Below, in pieces: positions 30,565 to 40,244 of a stretch of 64,000 nt of DNA. The position numbers and the translations under genes were made by a program. The stretch is from Candidatus Heimdallarchaeota archaeon (GTDB taxonomy: Archaea; Asgardarchaeota; Heimdallarchaeia; Heimdallarchaeales; Heimdallarchaeaceae), in assembly GCA_021399345.1 (NCBI GenBank), contig JAAFKI010000094.1, forward strand, positions 1-64,000. The letters run 5' to 3'. The notes beneath the pieces were generated by a model. The model searched no databases. It was not told the origin of the DNA and worked only from the letters and a program-made list of their open reading frames with translations. Numbering within the stretch: the stretch's first letter is position 1; each line of letters starts with the position of its first letter.

Positions 30565-32946
30565 ATGGGGGTCCAAATGAAATTCGTTGAAAAATATTCT
30601 AACTTCCTTAAGAAATACAAATTATTTATTATTATTGCTTGGGTTATAATTATTGGCTTCAGTGTGTGGCTAGCTCCAAAATTTATTTCTGAGACTAGTT
30701 CTGATTTTAATGTTCCAGAAGACACTCCTTCTTTCATTGCAAATACTATTCTCAAAGAAGAATTTCCTAACATAGATACAGAAACAACTATTGTTTTAGT
30801 AATTCAGAATCCCAATGGTACAGTTCTTAATACAGATATTGAAGATTTCAGTAATAGCTTTAACACTTCGCTTAAACTTTCAGAATACGCAGATCTGTTA
30901 GTAAGTCTTAATGGTTATTATTTCTTAGTTGGTGGAGGTTTGGGAGATGCAGCTATGGGATATGTTAGTGATTCAAATAATACTATGATAATTGAAATCA
31001 ACGTTAATTCAGTTTCTGATGAAGAATTAAACGCATTTATTGATTTTTTGGACTTGACCATAGATGAACTAGAACCTGATGGTTATACTATTTTGCTTAC
31101 TGGATCACATATTCTATTTGAAGACATGAAAGAAGCTTCAGAAAAAGACATTATAGTGATGGATTCCATTGTACTTCCTATAGCTCTTATCGTTTTAGCA
31201 TTGGTGTTGAAAAGTTTCAAATTAATGATTATCCCTATTGTAAGTGTTGCATTTTCAATTGGAACATCATTTTTCTTAATGTATCCTATTGCAAAAGCAA
31301 TGCCTGTGTTTAGTTTTGTACCAAGCGTGATGATGTCACTAGTAATAGCATTGTCATTTGATTATGCTCTTTTCTTACTCTCACGTTATAAAGAAGAATT
31401 AATCAGAGGGAGAGAAAATTTCTCAGCTGTTACATTGATGCTAGAGCATGCAGGTCACACTATTGGTGTTTCAGGAATTACTTTAGCAATTTGCTTCATT
31501 GGACTTGTATTCTTTCCTATAGGCCTTTTAGCGACAATAGGGTTAGGTGCAGCTGTTTGTATATTGACTACTTTATTAATCAACCTCACACTGGTACCAG
31601 CATTATTGTTGCAGTTTAGTAACTTCTTTTCTAAATTTAGATTACTGAAGAAGAAGCAAGAAGAAAAGCCTAAGACAGAAGAGGAACGAAAAGAAAGAGA
31701 ACTTCAGAATCAGATGAAAAGTATTTGGTTCAAAATAGGTAAGTTTGCAACCAAATATTCTCTCCCAATAATTGTAGTAACTCTCATCGTAGCCATACCT
31801 ATGTCAATTCAGATGTTGAAAATGAGTACATCAATAGGTGACGTGCATATCCTTCCTAGACAAGCTGAATCTACCATGGCATTCGATATTCTCAAAGATG
31901 AATTTCAACCTGGTGTTCTTGCTCCCATGTACATCCTTATAGAAACAAATCAAACTGATGGGATTATTAATCCTGCATTCTTTACACTAACTCAAACGTT
32001 AATCAGAGATATAGCCAATCAAACGGATATCACAGAACAATCTTTCATCACGATTTCGTGGGGACAAGGATTCTCTATTCCTTTCTTCGTAGCTTATCCT
32101 TTCATAAATAATGTAAATGATACAACATACTACTCTGAAAGTGCAATCTTGTATAGAGAAATGATTTTCAATAGATATACTAACGGAGACAATTCCACAG
32201 TTATGATTGATGTACAACCAAGTTTCGATCCATTTGGAAGTTATGTAGAAGATTGGATAAAAGCTACAAGAGAAATAATGACTGATTATGAAGATTCTTC
32301 TGGGTTTAAATTCCATCTAGCAGGATCAAGTACTGAAATAGTTGATTCAGTAGATTTAGTTTACGAAATGTTTCCCTTGATGATTGGAATTATTGTAATC
32401 ATAGTTTATGTTATAATAGCATTAATGTTTAAATCGGTCTTTATACCACTTCGTCTGATAATAACAATAGGATTAACACTTTCTTGGATTTATGGTTTAA
32501 CGGCATTAATCTTTGATGTAGGAATATTTGATGGCATTATTCCTGTTTTACAAGACATCAACCATCTCTACTGGGCAACACCTGTAATGTCATTTTCAAT
32601 TCTTATAGGCCTAGGTTTAGACTATGACATCTTCCTCTTATCCAGGGTGTCAGAATATCGAAATAATGGTTATACTGAAAGAGCATCTGTAATTAAAGGA
32701 TTGTACAGAACAGGTGGAATCATAAGTATGGCTGGTGTAATTATGGCAATTGCATTTAGTGGGATGATTTTCAGCAGCGTAATGATTCTAAATGAATTTG
32801 GATTTATATTAGCATTAGCAGTTCTTGTTGATACTTTCATTATTAGAACTATTTTAGTTCCAGCAATTATGAGTTTAGCCTCTAAATGGAATTGGTGGCC
32901 GAGGAAACTTAAACCACCTACGAAAGATCTCAATGATATTGAGTAG
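30565..32946 (+). CDS. MMPL family (RND superfamily) transporter
   Basis: SFDYALFLLSRYKEE, GLGLDYDIFLLSRVSE, DTFIIRTILVPA, NWWP. Confidence 0.95.
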   Translation: MGVQMKFVEKYSNFLKKYKLFIIIAWVIIIGFSVWLAPKFISETSSDFNVPEDTPSFIANTILKEEFPNIDTETTIVLVIQNPNGTVLNTDIEDFSNSFNTSLKLSEYADLLVSLNGYYFLVGGGLGDAAMGYVSDSNNTMIIEINVNSVSDEELNAFIDFLDLTIDELEPDGYTILLTGSHILFEDMKEASEKDIIVMDSIVLPIALIVLALVLKSFKLMIIPIVSVAFSIGTSFFLMYPIAKAMPVFSFVPSVMMSLVIALSFDYALFLLSRYKEELIRGRENFSAVTLMLEHAGHTIGVSGITLAICFIGLVFFPIGLLATIGLGAAVCILTTLLINLTLVPALLLQFSNFFSKFRLLKKKQEEKPKTEEERKERELQNQMKSIWFKIGKFATKYSLPIIVVTLIVAIPMSIQMLKMSTSIGDVHILPRQAESTMAFDILKDEFQPGVLAPMYILIETNQTDGIINPAFFTLTQTLIRDIANQTDITEQSFITISWGQGFSIPFFVAYPFINNVNDTTYYSESAILYREMIFNRYTNGDNSTVMIDVQPSFDPFGSYVEDWIKATREIMTDYEDSSGFKFHLAGSSTEIVDSVDLVYEMFPLMIGIIVIIVYVIIALMFKSVFIPLRLIITIGLTLSWIYGLTALIFDVGIFDGIIPVLQDINHLYWATPVMSFSILIGLGLDYDIFLLSRVSEYRNNGYTERASVIKGLYRTGGIISMAGVIMAIAFSGMIFSSVMILNEFGFILALAVLVDTFIIRTILVPAIMSLASKWNWWPRKLKPPTKDLNDIE

Positions 32947-32950
32947 AGAC

Positions 32951-32973
32951 TTTTCTTTCTTTTTCTTCTTTTT
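32951..32973 (+). terminator. T-rich terminator
   Basis: TTTTCTTTCTTTTTCTTCTTTTT just after the MMPL stop. Confidence 0.55.
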
Positions 32974-33163
32974 CACTAATAATCTAGACTTCAATAAAAT
33001 AGTACGTAAAGTGATTGTAAAATTTTGAAGAAATATTCATTCCAATATAAAAAAATCATTTGTCTTATTTAATACTTCAAGAAAATTTATTAGTCATTAA
33101 AACTTACTTTACCATAACATTCTAGGAAAGGAAGTCATATTTCTCTATTAGTGGTGATTAACT

Positions 33164-33844
33164 ATGTTCGGAGTATATCTTGATGGGTTGAGACAAGCGG
33201 AGGATTTGTTTGGGAAAGGGGATTATGATGAAGCAATGAACCAGCTTAATTTGTTGGAAAAAGGTGTTGAGTTAAACGATATAGAAAAACTAGCTGCTAT
33301 GTTGCTAAATTGTCAGATCATGATTAAGAAAGGAGATTATGAAAAAAGTTTCCTTCTTGCTAAAACAGCCTTTAGAAAAAGCATGGCAATTTCTCATCCA
33401 CTTCTTGTTATTGATTCAACTATCACATTCTTAGATGCAATAAATGGGTTAGGACTGCTTTATGATGCTTCAAATAAAGACCAAAAAGAATTTGTTCAAA
33501 TGATTAATCAAAGTGAAGATATTCTAAAAACCATTACAGATCTAAGTAAGAAGAATAAGGATATTAGGACTGAACATTTAGGAAGAATAAAAGGAATTAT
33601 TGAGTATACCAAAATTAAAACAGTTCCAGTGAAAAAAGATAAAACAAAAGCTAAAATTGCAAGTTTTCCAATTGAGAAAGTGAAAGGAGTTGGTCAAAAA
33701 GCTGTAGAACTAAGGAAAGAAGGTTTCAAGGATGCGAGTCAACTGGCACTTGCAAAAGTAGAAGAACTTACTCCAATAAAAGGTATAGGACCAGCTTCAG
33801 CGAAAAAACTCATTGAAAGTGCTAAAGAACTTCTCAATAAATAA
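33164..33844 (+). CDS. TPR-like N-terminus fused to tandem helix-hairpin-helix domain
   Basis: VKGVGQK and IKGIGPASAKKLI HhH motifs; GGTGA SD. Confidence 0.8.
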   Translation: MFGVYLDGLRQAEDLFGKGDYDEAMNQLNLLEKGVELNDIEKLAAMLLNCQIMIKKGDYEKSFLLAKTAFRKSMAISHPLLVIDSTITFLDAINGLGLLYDASNKDQKEFVQMINQSEDILKTITDLSKKNKDIRTEHLGRIKGIIEYTKIKTVPVKKDKTKAKIASFPIEKVKGVGQKAVELRKEGFKDASQLALAKVEELTPIKGIGPASAKKLIESAKELLNK

Positions 33845-33945
33845 AAATTTCTCTCTTTTTTATCTTCTATCAAAAATTGGTGTAGTATCAGCAAAAAAAA
33901 GATATACTGATACACATAATCAACTTAAGAAGTTAGGTAAGAAAG

Positions 33946-36744
33946 ATGAAAGAAGAGAAAAGAGAAGTTTTTATTGTTCCTCATGCACATTGGGATCGTG
34001 AATGGTATCTCCCATTTCAGAGTTTCAGAGTTCAGTTAGTCAAACTTATTGATGATTTGCTTGAAATAACTAAGAAGAAAGATTATTTTTTCATGCTTGA
34101 TGGTCAAACGGTAGTTTTAGAAGATTATTTTGAAATTCGTCCTGAGAAAAAAGATGAGCTTCTAGACTTGATTAGAGAAGGTAAAATTGCTCTTGGTCCA
34201 TGGTATTTACTTCCTGACGAATGGTTGATAGGTCAAGAAAGTTTCATTCGTAATTTAGAAATAAGTATTGATTTAGCTAAGGAATTAAACATACCTTTAA
34301 TGCAGATTGGATATCTTCCAGATCAATTTGGACATACAAGAGCCATTCCTCAAATCCTTTCAAATCTTACTTCGTTCAAAGCAGCTGTTATTTGGAGAGG
34401 GGTAGGTCCTGAAATAATTACTGTGCCTTTCAAATGGAAAAGTGATTATTACTCTCACGATTCAATTCTTGGAGTGTACATGCCAAAAGGTTATGGTAAT
34501 GCTGCAGACTTACCTGATAATGAAACTGATCTAAAAGATTCAATTGTTAACAAAATAGAACAATTAAAGCAATTTTCCCCTGTTCCTTTGTATCTCCTTA
34601 TGTATGGAACTGATCATCAGTTTCCTAATCCAAATATGAATATCTTAACAAAACTTGTAGATATTGAAAACACTGAAATCAACCTCAGTTTGTTAGATAA
34701 TTATGTTACAGAATTGCAAGATTCACTTCAAAGAACAAACTATTTAATACCTGAATATTCTGGTGAATTTCGCTCATCTGCAAGGGCTCATCTTCTTCAA
34801 GATACCTATTCCATGAGGATGTGGATAAAACAGTGGAACCAGAAAATTGAAGATTTACTTGTTCACTATGTGGAACCTTTAATCACTTATTTTTGGTTAT
34901 TCAACAACTATGATTATCCAACATCCTATCTGAATCTAGCATGGAAATGGTTATTGAAAAACCAAACCCATGATGGTATTTGTGGTTGTTCAATAGATCA
35001 AACACATGAAGAAATGAAATCAAGGTTTTATTGGGCTGAAAGCATAGGAGAATCTCAGTTAAATGAATTAAAGGAAGAGTTAGATAAGCTTGAAATTGAG
35101 GGAGATGAATCAAAACTATATGTTTTTAATCCAACTAATAATTCTGACAATCTATCTTTCTTTGATTTCTCTACCCCTGCAAAACAACCGATAGTTGGAT
35201 TACAGGATAGTTTAGGTAACAATTATATGGTTCAATCCTTAAATCCCTCTGAGGAAATTTTGTTTGAAAACACCTTTTCCCCTCTTGTGCTAAAATCAGG
35301 TTTCAGATTGTTACCTGGAAGAAAGATTCTAGATTATTACCTTAACGAGGTATATATCTCTGATAATATTAATCCTGAGATATGTGATGTAACTCTTTTA
35401 TGTGGAAATGTTCCTCTTGGAGATTTCGATGTAGATGAATTTAAGGAGCAAGCAGCTGAAATAATAAACAGTAAGAAATACAAAAAGTATCATGTTAAAG
35501 CATCCTTAGGGTCAAAACAAAACTATGGTGTTCTAGCACCTCTCAATAGTTGGAATTTCAACGAATTTACACTTCTAGAAAAAATGGATTATCTAGAAAA
35601 TGATGCTGAATTCTTATCATCGAAAAATAAGATTACAACCAAATTTTATGAGCTTAAATTTAATTCAGATGGGACTTTCAATTACTTAGATAAAAGAACG
35701 AATACAGAATTTACTCAGCTTCATAAATTTGAAGATTATGGTGATAAGGGAGATGAATATACTTTTGGAAGAATAGGTCCTGAAATTGTAAAAATAAAGA
35801 AAGTGAAAAGAAAACTAACTATTAAAGGACCTCTATTCAGCGAAATTGTACAGGATATGACACTAGAACTTTTTGAACATTTAAATGAGAATCGAGATAA
35901 AAGGGCAGGTAAAGTTACTATTCCTGTTAAAACAGTTTTTCGATTTTATAGAGATATTCCAAGAATAGATATACAAACAACTTTGACCAATTATGCAAAA
36001 GATCACCGTTTGAGAATATGTTTTGACTTACCTTATTCCTCTTTGGAAACACTTACTTCAACACATTTTGGAGTAGTAAAACGTAAAAGTGATCCTATTA
36101 GTTATGATAGTTATGAAGAACAACCTTCTGGTATTCAAGCTCAGAAGAGATTTATTAGAATAGAAGATAGCAGCTCAGATATAGCTTTCTCACTAATGAA
36201 TAAAGGGTTACCTGAAGTTGAACTAGCTAATAATTCCAGAGTAGCGTTAACACTTTTAAGATGTGTAGGTTTTCTTTCCAGAGCAGATTATGATGAAAGA
36301 CCAATGCATGCTGGACCATTTTTAGAGACACCTGGAGCTCAAGAAATTGGTGAAAAATATACCTTTGAATATGGTTTTGTCATTCATTCTAGAGAAGAAC
36401 CTATGTATGAAAGTGATAATCATTCTGAATCATTCTGCTTAAAACCTTGGTCTATCTTAATTCGGAATAGGAATCTTCAGAAACAAATATCTGAATCAAT
36501 TTTACATGTTGTTAATCCATGGATAAGAATCTCTTCAATGCGGAAAAGAAATGACAAGTTATGTATAACTTTCTACAATTTGAACTCAGAGAGTGAATCA
36601 TCAACTTTTCAAGTAAATTCTATATTTACAAAGTTTGAGCAACTCAAAATAGATGGTAAAATAATAGAAAAAGATGATATAAAAGACAATCAGTTTGAAA
36701 TGAGCTTCAAACCTTATGAGATAAAAATGTGTTTCTTCTCCTAA
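33946..36744 (+). CDS. glycoside hydrolase family 38 (alpha-mannosidase / MngB-like)
   Basis: HAHWDREWY, LDGQT, PDQFGH, GTDH, QTHDGICGCS. Confidence 0.95.
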   Translation: MKEEKREVFIVPHAHWDREWYLPFQSFRVQLVKLIDDLLEITKKKDYFFMLDGQTVVLEDYFEIRPEKKDELLDLIREGKIALGPWYLLPDEWLIGQESFIRNLEISIDLAKELNIPLMQIGYLPDQFGHTRAIPQILSNLTSFKAAVIWRGVGPEIITVPFKWKSDYYSHDSILGVYMPKGYGNAADLPDNETDLKDSIVNKIEQLKQFSPVPLYLLMYGTDHQFPNPNMNILTKLVDIENTEINLSLLDNYVTELQDSLQRTNYLIPEYSGEFRSSARAHLLQDTYSMRMWIKQWNQKIEDLLVHYVEPLITYFWLFNNYDYPTSYLNLAWKWLLKNQTHDGICGCSIDQTHEEMKSRFYWAESIGESQLNELKEELDKLEIEGDESKLYVFNPTNNSDNLSFFDFSTPAKQPIVGLQDSLGNNYMVQSLNPSEEILFENTFSPLVLKSGFRLLPGRKILDYYLNEVYISDNINPEICDVTLLCGNVPLGDFDVDEFKEQAAEIINSKKYKKYHVKASLGSKQNYGVLAPLNSWNFNEFTLLEKMDYLENDAEFLSSKNKITTKFYELKFNSDGTFNYLDKRTNTEFTQLHKFEDYGDKGDEYTFGRIGPEIVKIKKVKRKLTIKGPLFSEIVQDMTLELFEHLNENRDKRAGKVTIPVKTVFRFYRDIPRIDIQTTLTNYAKDHRLRICFDLPYSSLETLTSTHFGVVKRKSDPISYDSYEEQPSGIQAQKRFIRIEDSSSDIAFSLMNKGLPEVELANNSRVALTLLRCVGFLSRADYDERPMHAGPFLETPGAQEIGEKYTFEYGFVIHSREEPMYESDNHSESFCLKPWSILIRNRNLQKQISESILHVVNPWIRISSMRKRNDKLCITFYNLNSESESSTFQVNSIFTKFEQLKIDGKIIEKDDIKDNQFEMSFKPYEIKMCFFS

Positions 36745-36755
36745 CCAGTTCATCT

Positions 36756-37307
36756 TTATCTTTTATCTTCAGGATTTCCGACTAGGTATAATTCATTTTT
36801 TGGTTCATCACTTACCCATATTTCACAATTACAATCTTTGAGTTTCTCACTATTCATGATCCAAGACCACCCCTTAGGTCCTTGAAGTATTAATGAAAAG
36901 CTTAACTTATCTGTTATGTTTATAAGGGGATAATAAGCAGCGGATAAACCCAATTTAACACCTTTTGCTGTTAAATAGTTAGTTGAACCCGAATCAGGTT
37001 CTATTTGACCAGAATATCTTACTGAAAGCAGCAATTCATCAAGATTTTGCATTTCTTCAGGAAGTTCTACTGACCAAACCTTTACAGACTTGAGAAAGTG
37101 ATTTTCAAGAACAGATTTCTCTTCAGGCGTAAAATAAGTTTTTTTACCTTTAAACTCAGATGTAACCTCCAACCACTGGAGTTCATTATTTATCATTAAA
37201 TCTATGATAGGTGAAGGATTCCTTATTGTTAAAAAAGCTGAAGCATACATGTTTTGCTCCCGGGGGTTCAATTTTAGTTTTAGATCGACTCTTGTGATTT
37301 TCATCAT
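36756..37307 (-). CDS. hypothetical protein resembling the beta-sandwich N-domain of M1 aminopeptidases
   Basis: VRYSGQI, AAYYP, LILQGPKGW pattern; no HExxH. Confidence 0.5.
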   Translation of the reverse strand: MMKITRVDLKLKLNPREQNMYASAFLTIRNPSPIIDLMINNELQWLEVTSEFKGKKTYFTPEEKSVLENHFLKSVKVWSVELPEEMQNLDELLLSVRYSGQIEPDSGSTNYLTAKGVKLGLSAAYYPLINITDKLSFSLILQGPKGWSWIMNSEKLKDCNCEIWVSDEPKNELYLVGNPEDKR

Positions 37308-37320
37308 TACAACATCTCAG

Positions 37321-38058
37321 TTATGAATTTACTTTACCTAAAATTGCGATATAAGATGCTGAACCTTCTTGTTCCTGCAGAATATGTTTAAGCTTCCATC
37401 CAGTCCCTTTAAGAATCTCTTCCATTTCTTCTTGCGATACTAACAACAAATCCATCCAAGAACTTATTAGTTTCCTGAATCTAGTTCTTATAATAACTTG
37501 TCCTCCAATTCTACCTCTAGATATATTCGATTCAATATAATCTAAATGGTCTTTATTTTTAGTGTTATAAGTATTTACAGAGGGCGCAACTATAGCGGCT
37601 TCATCTGAAGTAATTTTGTAAAATATTTTCAAAAGTCTTTTTGCATTTGTAGGATTTCCAAAGAGCCCAAAATTGTTCCCCATCATTATTATTGTATCAA
37701 ACATACCTAAATTTGGTTGAATATCATTTAAAGATAATAATTTGGCATTTTTTGTTCCACGTAACTTACATACTTTTATTGCTTCTGGGGAGTTGTCAAT
37801 TGATAGAACGTTGAACTTGTTTTTTTGGAGGTAAAGACTATGTCTTCCTGCTCCACAACCAACATCTAAAATTTTACCTCCTACATAGTACATAGCTTCT
37901 TTTTCTAAATCTGACCAATCTTTAAATTCTCTAAAATAGAAAGAAGCTGATTCGTATATACTTAGGTAACCATCATCTCTCTCAATGACATGAGCACTAT
38001 CTTCACCTTTATAGTGGGCATACAAAATTTCACCAAACAGGTCTTCTTCATCCATCAT
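37321..38058 (-). CDS. class I SAM-dependent methyltransferase
   Basis: ILDVGCGAGRH, FDTIIMMGNNFG. Confidence 0.92.
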   Translation of the reverse strand: MMDEEDLFGEILYAHYKGEDSAHVIERDDGYLSIYESASFYFREFKDWSDLEKEAMYYVGGKILDVGCGAGRHSLYLQKNKFNVLSIDNSPEAIKVCKLRGTKNAKLLSLNDIQPNLGMFDTIIMMGNNFGLFGNPTNAKRLLKIFYKITSDEAAIVAPSVNTYNTKNKDHLDYIESNISRGRIGGQVIIRTRFRKLISSWMDLLLVSQEEMEEILKGTGWKLKHILQEQEGSASYIAILGKVNS

Positions 38059-38172
38059 ATATGTCCCAGTTTTTGTTATGTTTTACAATTTCATTGAATA
38101 ATAAATAGTTTTCTCGAAAGAATAAATGATTGATTCTGAGAAAAGTTTAAAATACACGATTTCTTTTAGAGC

Positions 38173-38343
38173 ATGATGGAAGAAACTTCTGAAGTAAAAT
38201 TGATTCATAAAATTATTGACATTCTTGGAGGAGGGGCTTTAGGTACAGCTATTATTTTAGGATATATTCTTGCAAGTGTAGGAGTTGTTCTGTTACTGCT
38301 TTATCTAATTAAGTTATTGCATCAGATAATAGTAGGGAGTTAA
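38173..38343 (+). CDS. 56-aa single-pass membrane microprotein, below the ORF-track cutoff
   Basis: MMEETSEVKLIHKIIDILGGGALGTAIILGYILASVGVVLLLLYLIKLLHQIIVGS*; AAAGTTTAAAAT box ~25 nt upstream. Confidence 0.65.
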   Translation: MMEETSEVKLIHKIIDILGGGALGTAIILGYILASVGVVLLLLYLIKLLHQIIVGS

Positions 38344-38582
38344 CTTTCTTCTTTACCCTTATGGAAGTAAAGCAAGGTTCCAATAATTGTTATAATTGCC
38401 ATAAATATTCCGAAAACTATTACCCATTGCCACCAGGCATAACCATTAGCCCAACATAAACAAACAGCGGAAACTGAAAGTGTCATTAGAAATGCAACAG
38501 GAGCAGCTTTTTTAATCACTTCTCCTTCTATACCAACTTTATCAATTACAGCTGCAGCTAAACTCATACAAGAAGAAGAAAT
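38340..38582 (-). pseudogene. C-terminal remnant of an L-lactate permease (LctP family)
   Basis: ISSSCMSLAAAVIDKVGIEGEVIKK resembles the LctP terminal ISPxxIxxAxAxVGxxGxEGxI motif; no upstream body. Confidence 0.6.
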
Positions 38583-38650
38583 GTACTGACTAAAAATTTT
38601 TCAATAATATCGAAAGAAAAGAAAAATATAGAAAAAAAATGAAGAAATAA

Positions 38651-39433
38651 CTACTGTAAAGTAGCACCGCATTCTGGACAAAATTTACTATCTTCACCTA
38701 ATTTGCTTCCACAATTTGGACAAAATATTTCTTCTTTTAGTTCTTCAGTTCCAGTATAATATTTAGCACTAGGTGTATCTGAAGGTACAGTAGTTGGAGC
38801 TATTGTTGCTCCCTCAATATATTTTAGTAGTTTATTTGAATTTAATATTAAGACTATACCCAATGCAAGCATCAGAATGAATGAAAGAATAGTATTTATC
38901 CATAAAAATGCGTATATTAATCCAAAATTTCCTGAAAAACTAAGTATCAAAGCTACTATAAATTCAAATAAGCCAAAACAGCCATAGATTACAAAAACTG
39001 GTGAATCTATCTTATCTGCTGGTGTTAGTAATTCACTAAATCTCTTGAATGCTACATTTAGTGCAACAAAAGCAACTAACTGTGCCACAATTTGCAAGAC
39101 AGCTGTTACTATCGTAGAAACACCTGGTATAATAAATAGACCTCCAATATTTGCTACAAAAAGAATTATCAGGTAGAAGATAAATCCAAATCGTGCGATA
39201 TTGATTGGAGTACTAGCATCTGGCTTTAATTCTAATACGTTTGTTAAGAAAAACACTATAAAACCTATAGCTAATAGAATCAAGACTAAACCTATGATCA
39301 ATAGAGCTAGGAATGCACTTACGTATATCATAAAGGAACCAACAAGTAAAATCAAAGCTGCGAAAATGAACATAAGTCCAGCATATTTCTGTTGGTTAGC
39401 CGTAGTTTCTTTAATTTTGATTTTATTTAACAT
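38651..39433 (-). CDS. 6-TM membrane protein with C-terminal zinc ribbon
   Basis: FCPNCGSKLGEDSKFCPECG; probable start MLNKIK. Confidence 0.8.
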   Translation of the reverse strand: MLNKIKIKETTANQQKYAGLMFIFAALILLVGSFMIYVSAFLALLIIGLVLILLAIGFIVFFLTNVLELKPDASTPINIARFGFIFYLIILFVANIGGLFIIPGVSTIVTAVLQIVAQLVAFVALNVAFKRFSELLTPADKIDSPVFVIYGCFGLFEFIVALILSFSGNFGLIYAFLWINTILSFILMLALGIVLILNSNKLLKYIEGATIAPTTVPSDTPSAKYYTGTEELKEEIFCPNCGSKLGEDSKFCPECGATLQ

Positions 39434-39664
39434 GTGAACTCTCTCCAAAAAGAACGAACACAAGGAGAGTATTTAATGGTTTCTGAATAAGAATCACTTA
39501 TGTTATGAAATTCAATTTGATGAATTGGTGTTCAAAAAATTGACTGCTCAATTGAACATTCAAAAAAGAATCTGATATTCGTACCTTTTTATTGATTCTT
39601 GTGAATATTTATATAATGTTAAGTTAAGGAAATTCCAAGTTTATCCAAACTACTGGTGTAATTA

Positions 39665-40147
39665 ATGAGTGAAAAAGAAAGAATTGAGTTTTTTAAAGAT
39701 CAAATTGAAGTTGAAAAGAAAATCATTGCAGCTGCCCAAAAAGCTGTAAAAGGTCTTAAAAATCCATTAATAAGGGAGATGATTCTTGCTGTAGCTTTAG
39801 ATTCCCAAAAACACGAAACTATGCTGCAAGCTTTACTTGATAGATTAACCGGACCAAGTCCAGCAATTGATGAGAAGGTATCTGAGGAGATTGCTCATGC
39901 AATACACGAACATATGGAACTTGAAGCTCTAGCAATAAAGAAATATAAAGAATATCTAGACGGTCTATGCTGTATTGATAATAAAGAAAAGATTGTAATA
40001 AAAGCAATCTATGAGGATGAACTTAGACATCATGAATTAATGAAGTGGATCTATAAAACTATAGTTGAAAAAGAGACACTCATTGAAGAAGACATCTGGG
40101 ATCATATGTGGAATGATGCCTTTTCACATGGAACACCAGGTGGATAA
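39665..40147 (+). CDS. ferritin-like / rubrerythrin-like di-iron four-helix protein
   Basis: E..DSQKH..E..DELRHH pattern in two similar halves. Confidence 0.8.
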   Translation: MSEKERIEFFKDQIEVEKKIIAAAQKAVKGLKNPLIREMILAVALDSQKHETMLQALLDRLTGPSPAIDEKVSEEIAHAIHEHMELEALAIKKYKEYLDGLCCIDNKEKIVIKAIYEDELRHHELMKWIYKTIVEKETLIEEDIWDHMWNDAFSHGTPGG

Positions 40148-40244
40148 GATTAATTTTCACTAAATAGATTTTAGTTGGTTTTTTATACTTTTATTTGTAG
40201 AAAAATTAAATAATATGCTGGTCATAGCTAGTAGATGATAGAAT

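Noticed and set aside
39529-39558. Bulged hairpin upstream of the ferritin-like gene as an iron-responsive element
   Set aside because: It lacks the CAGUGN loop and lies upstream of the likely TATA box (~39608), so it would not be in the mRNA.
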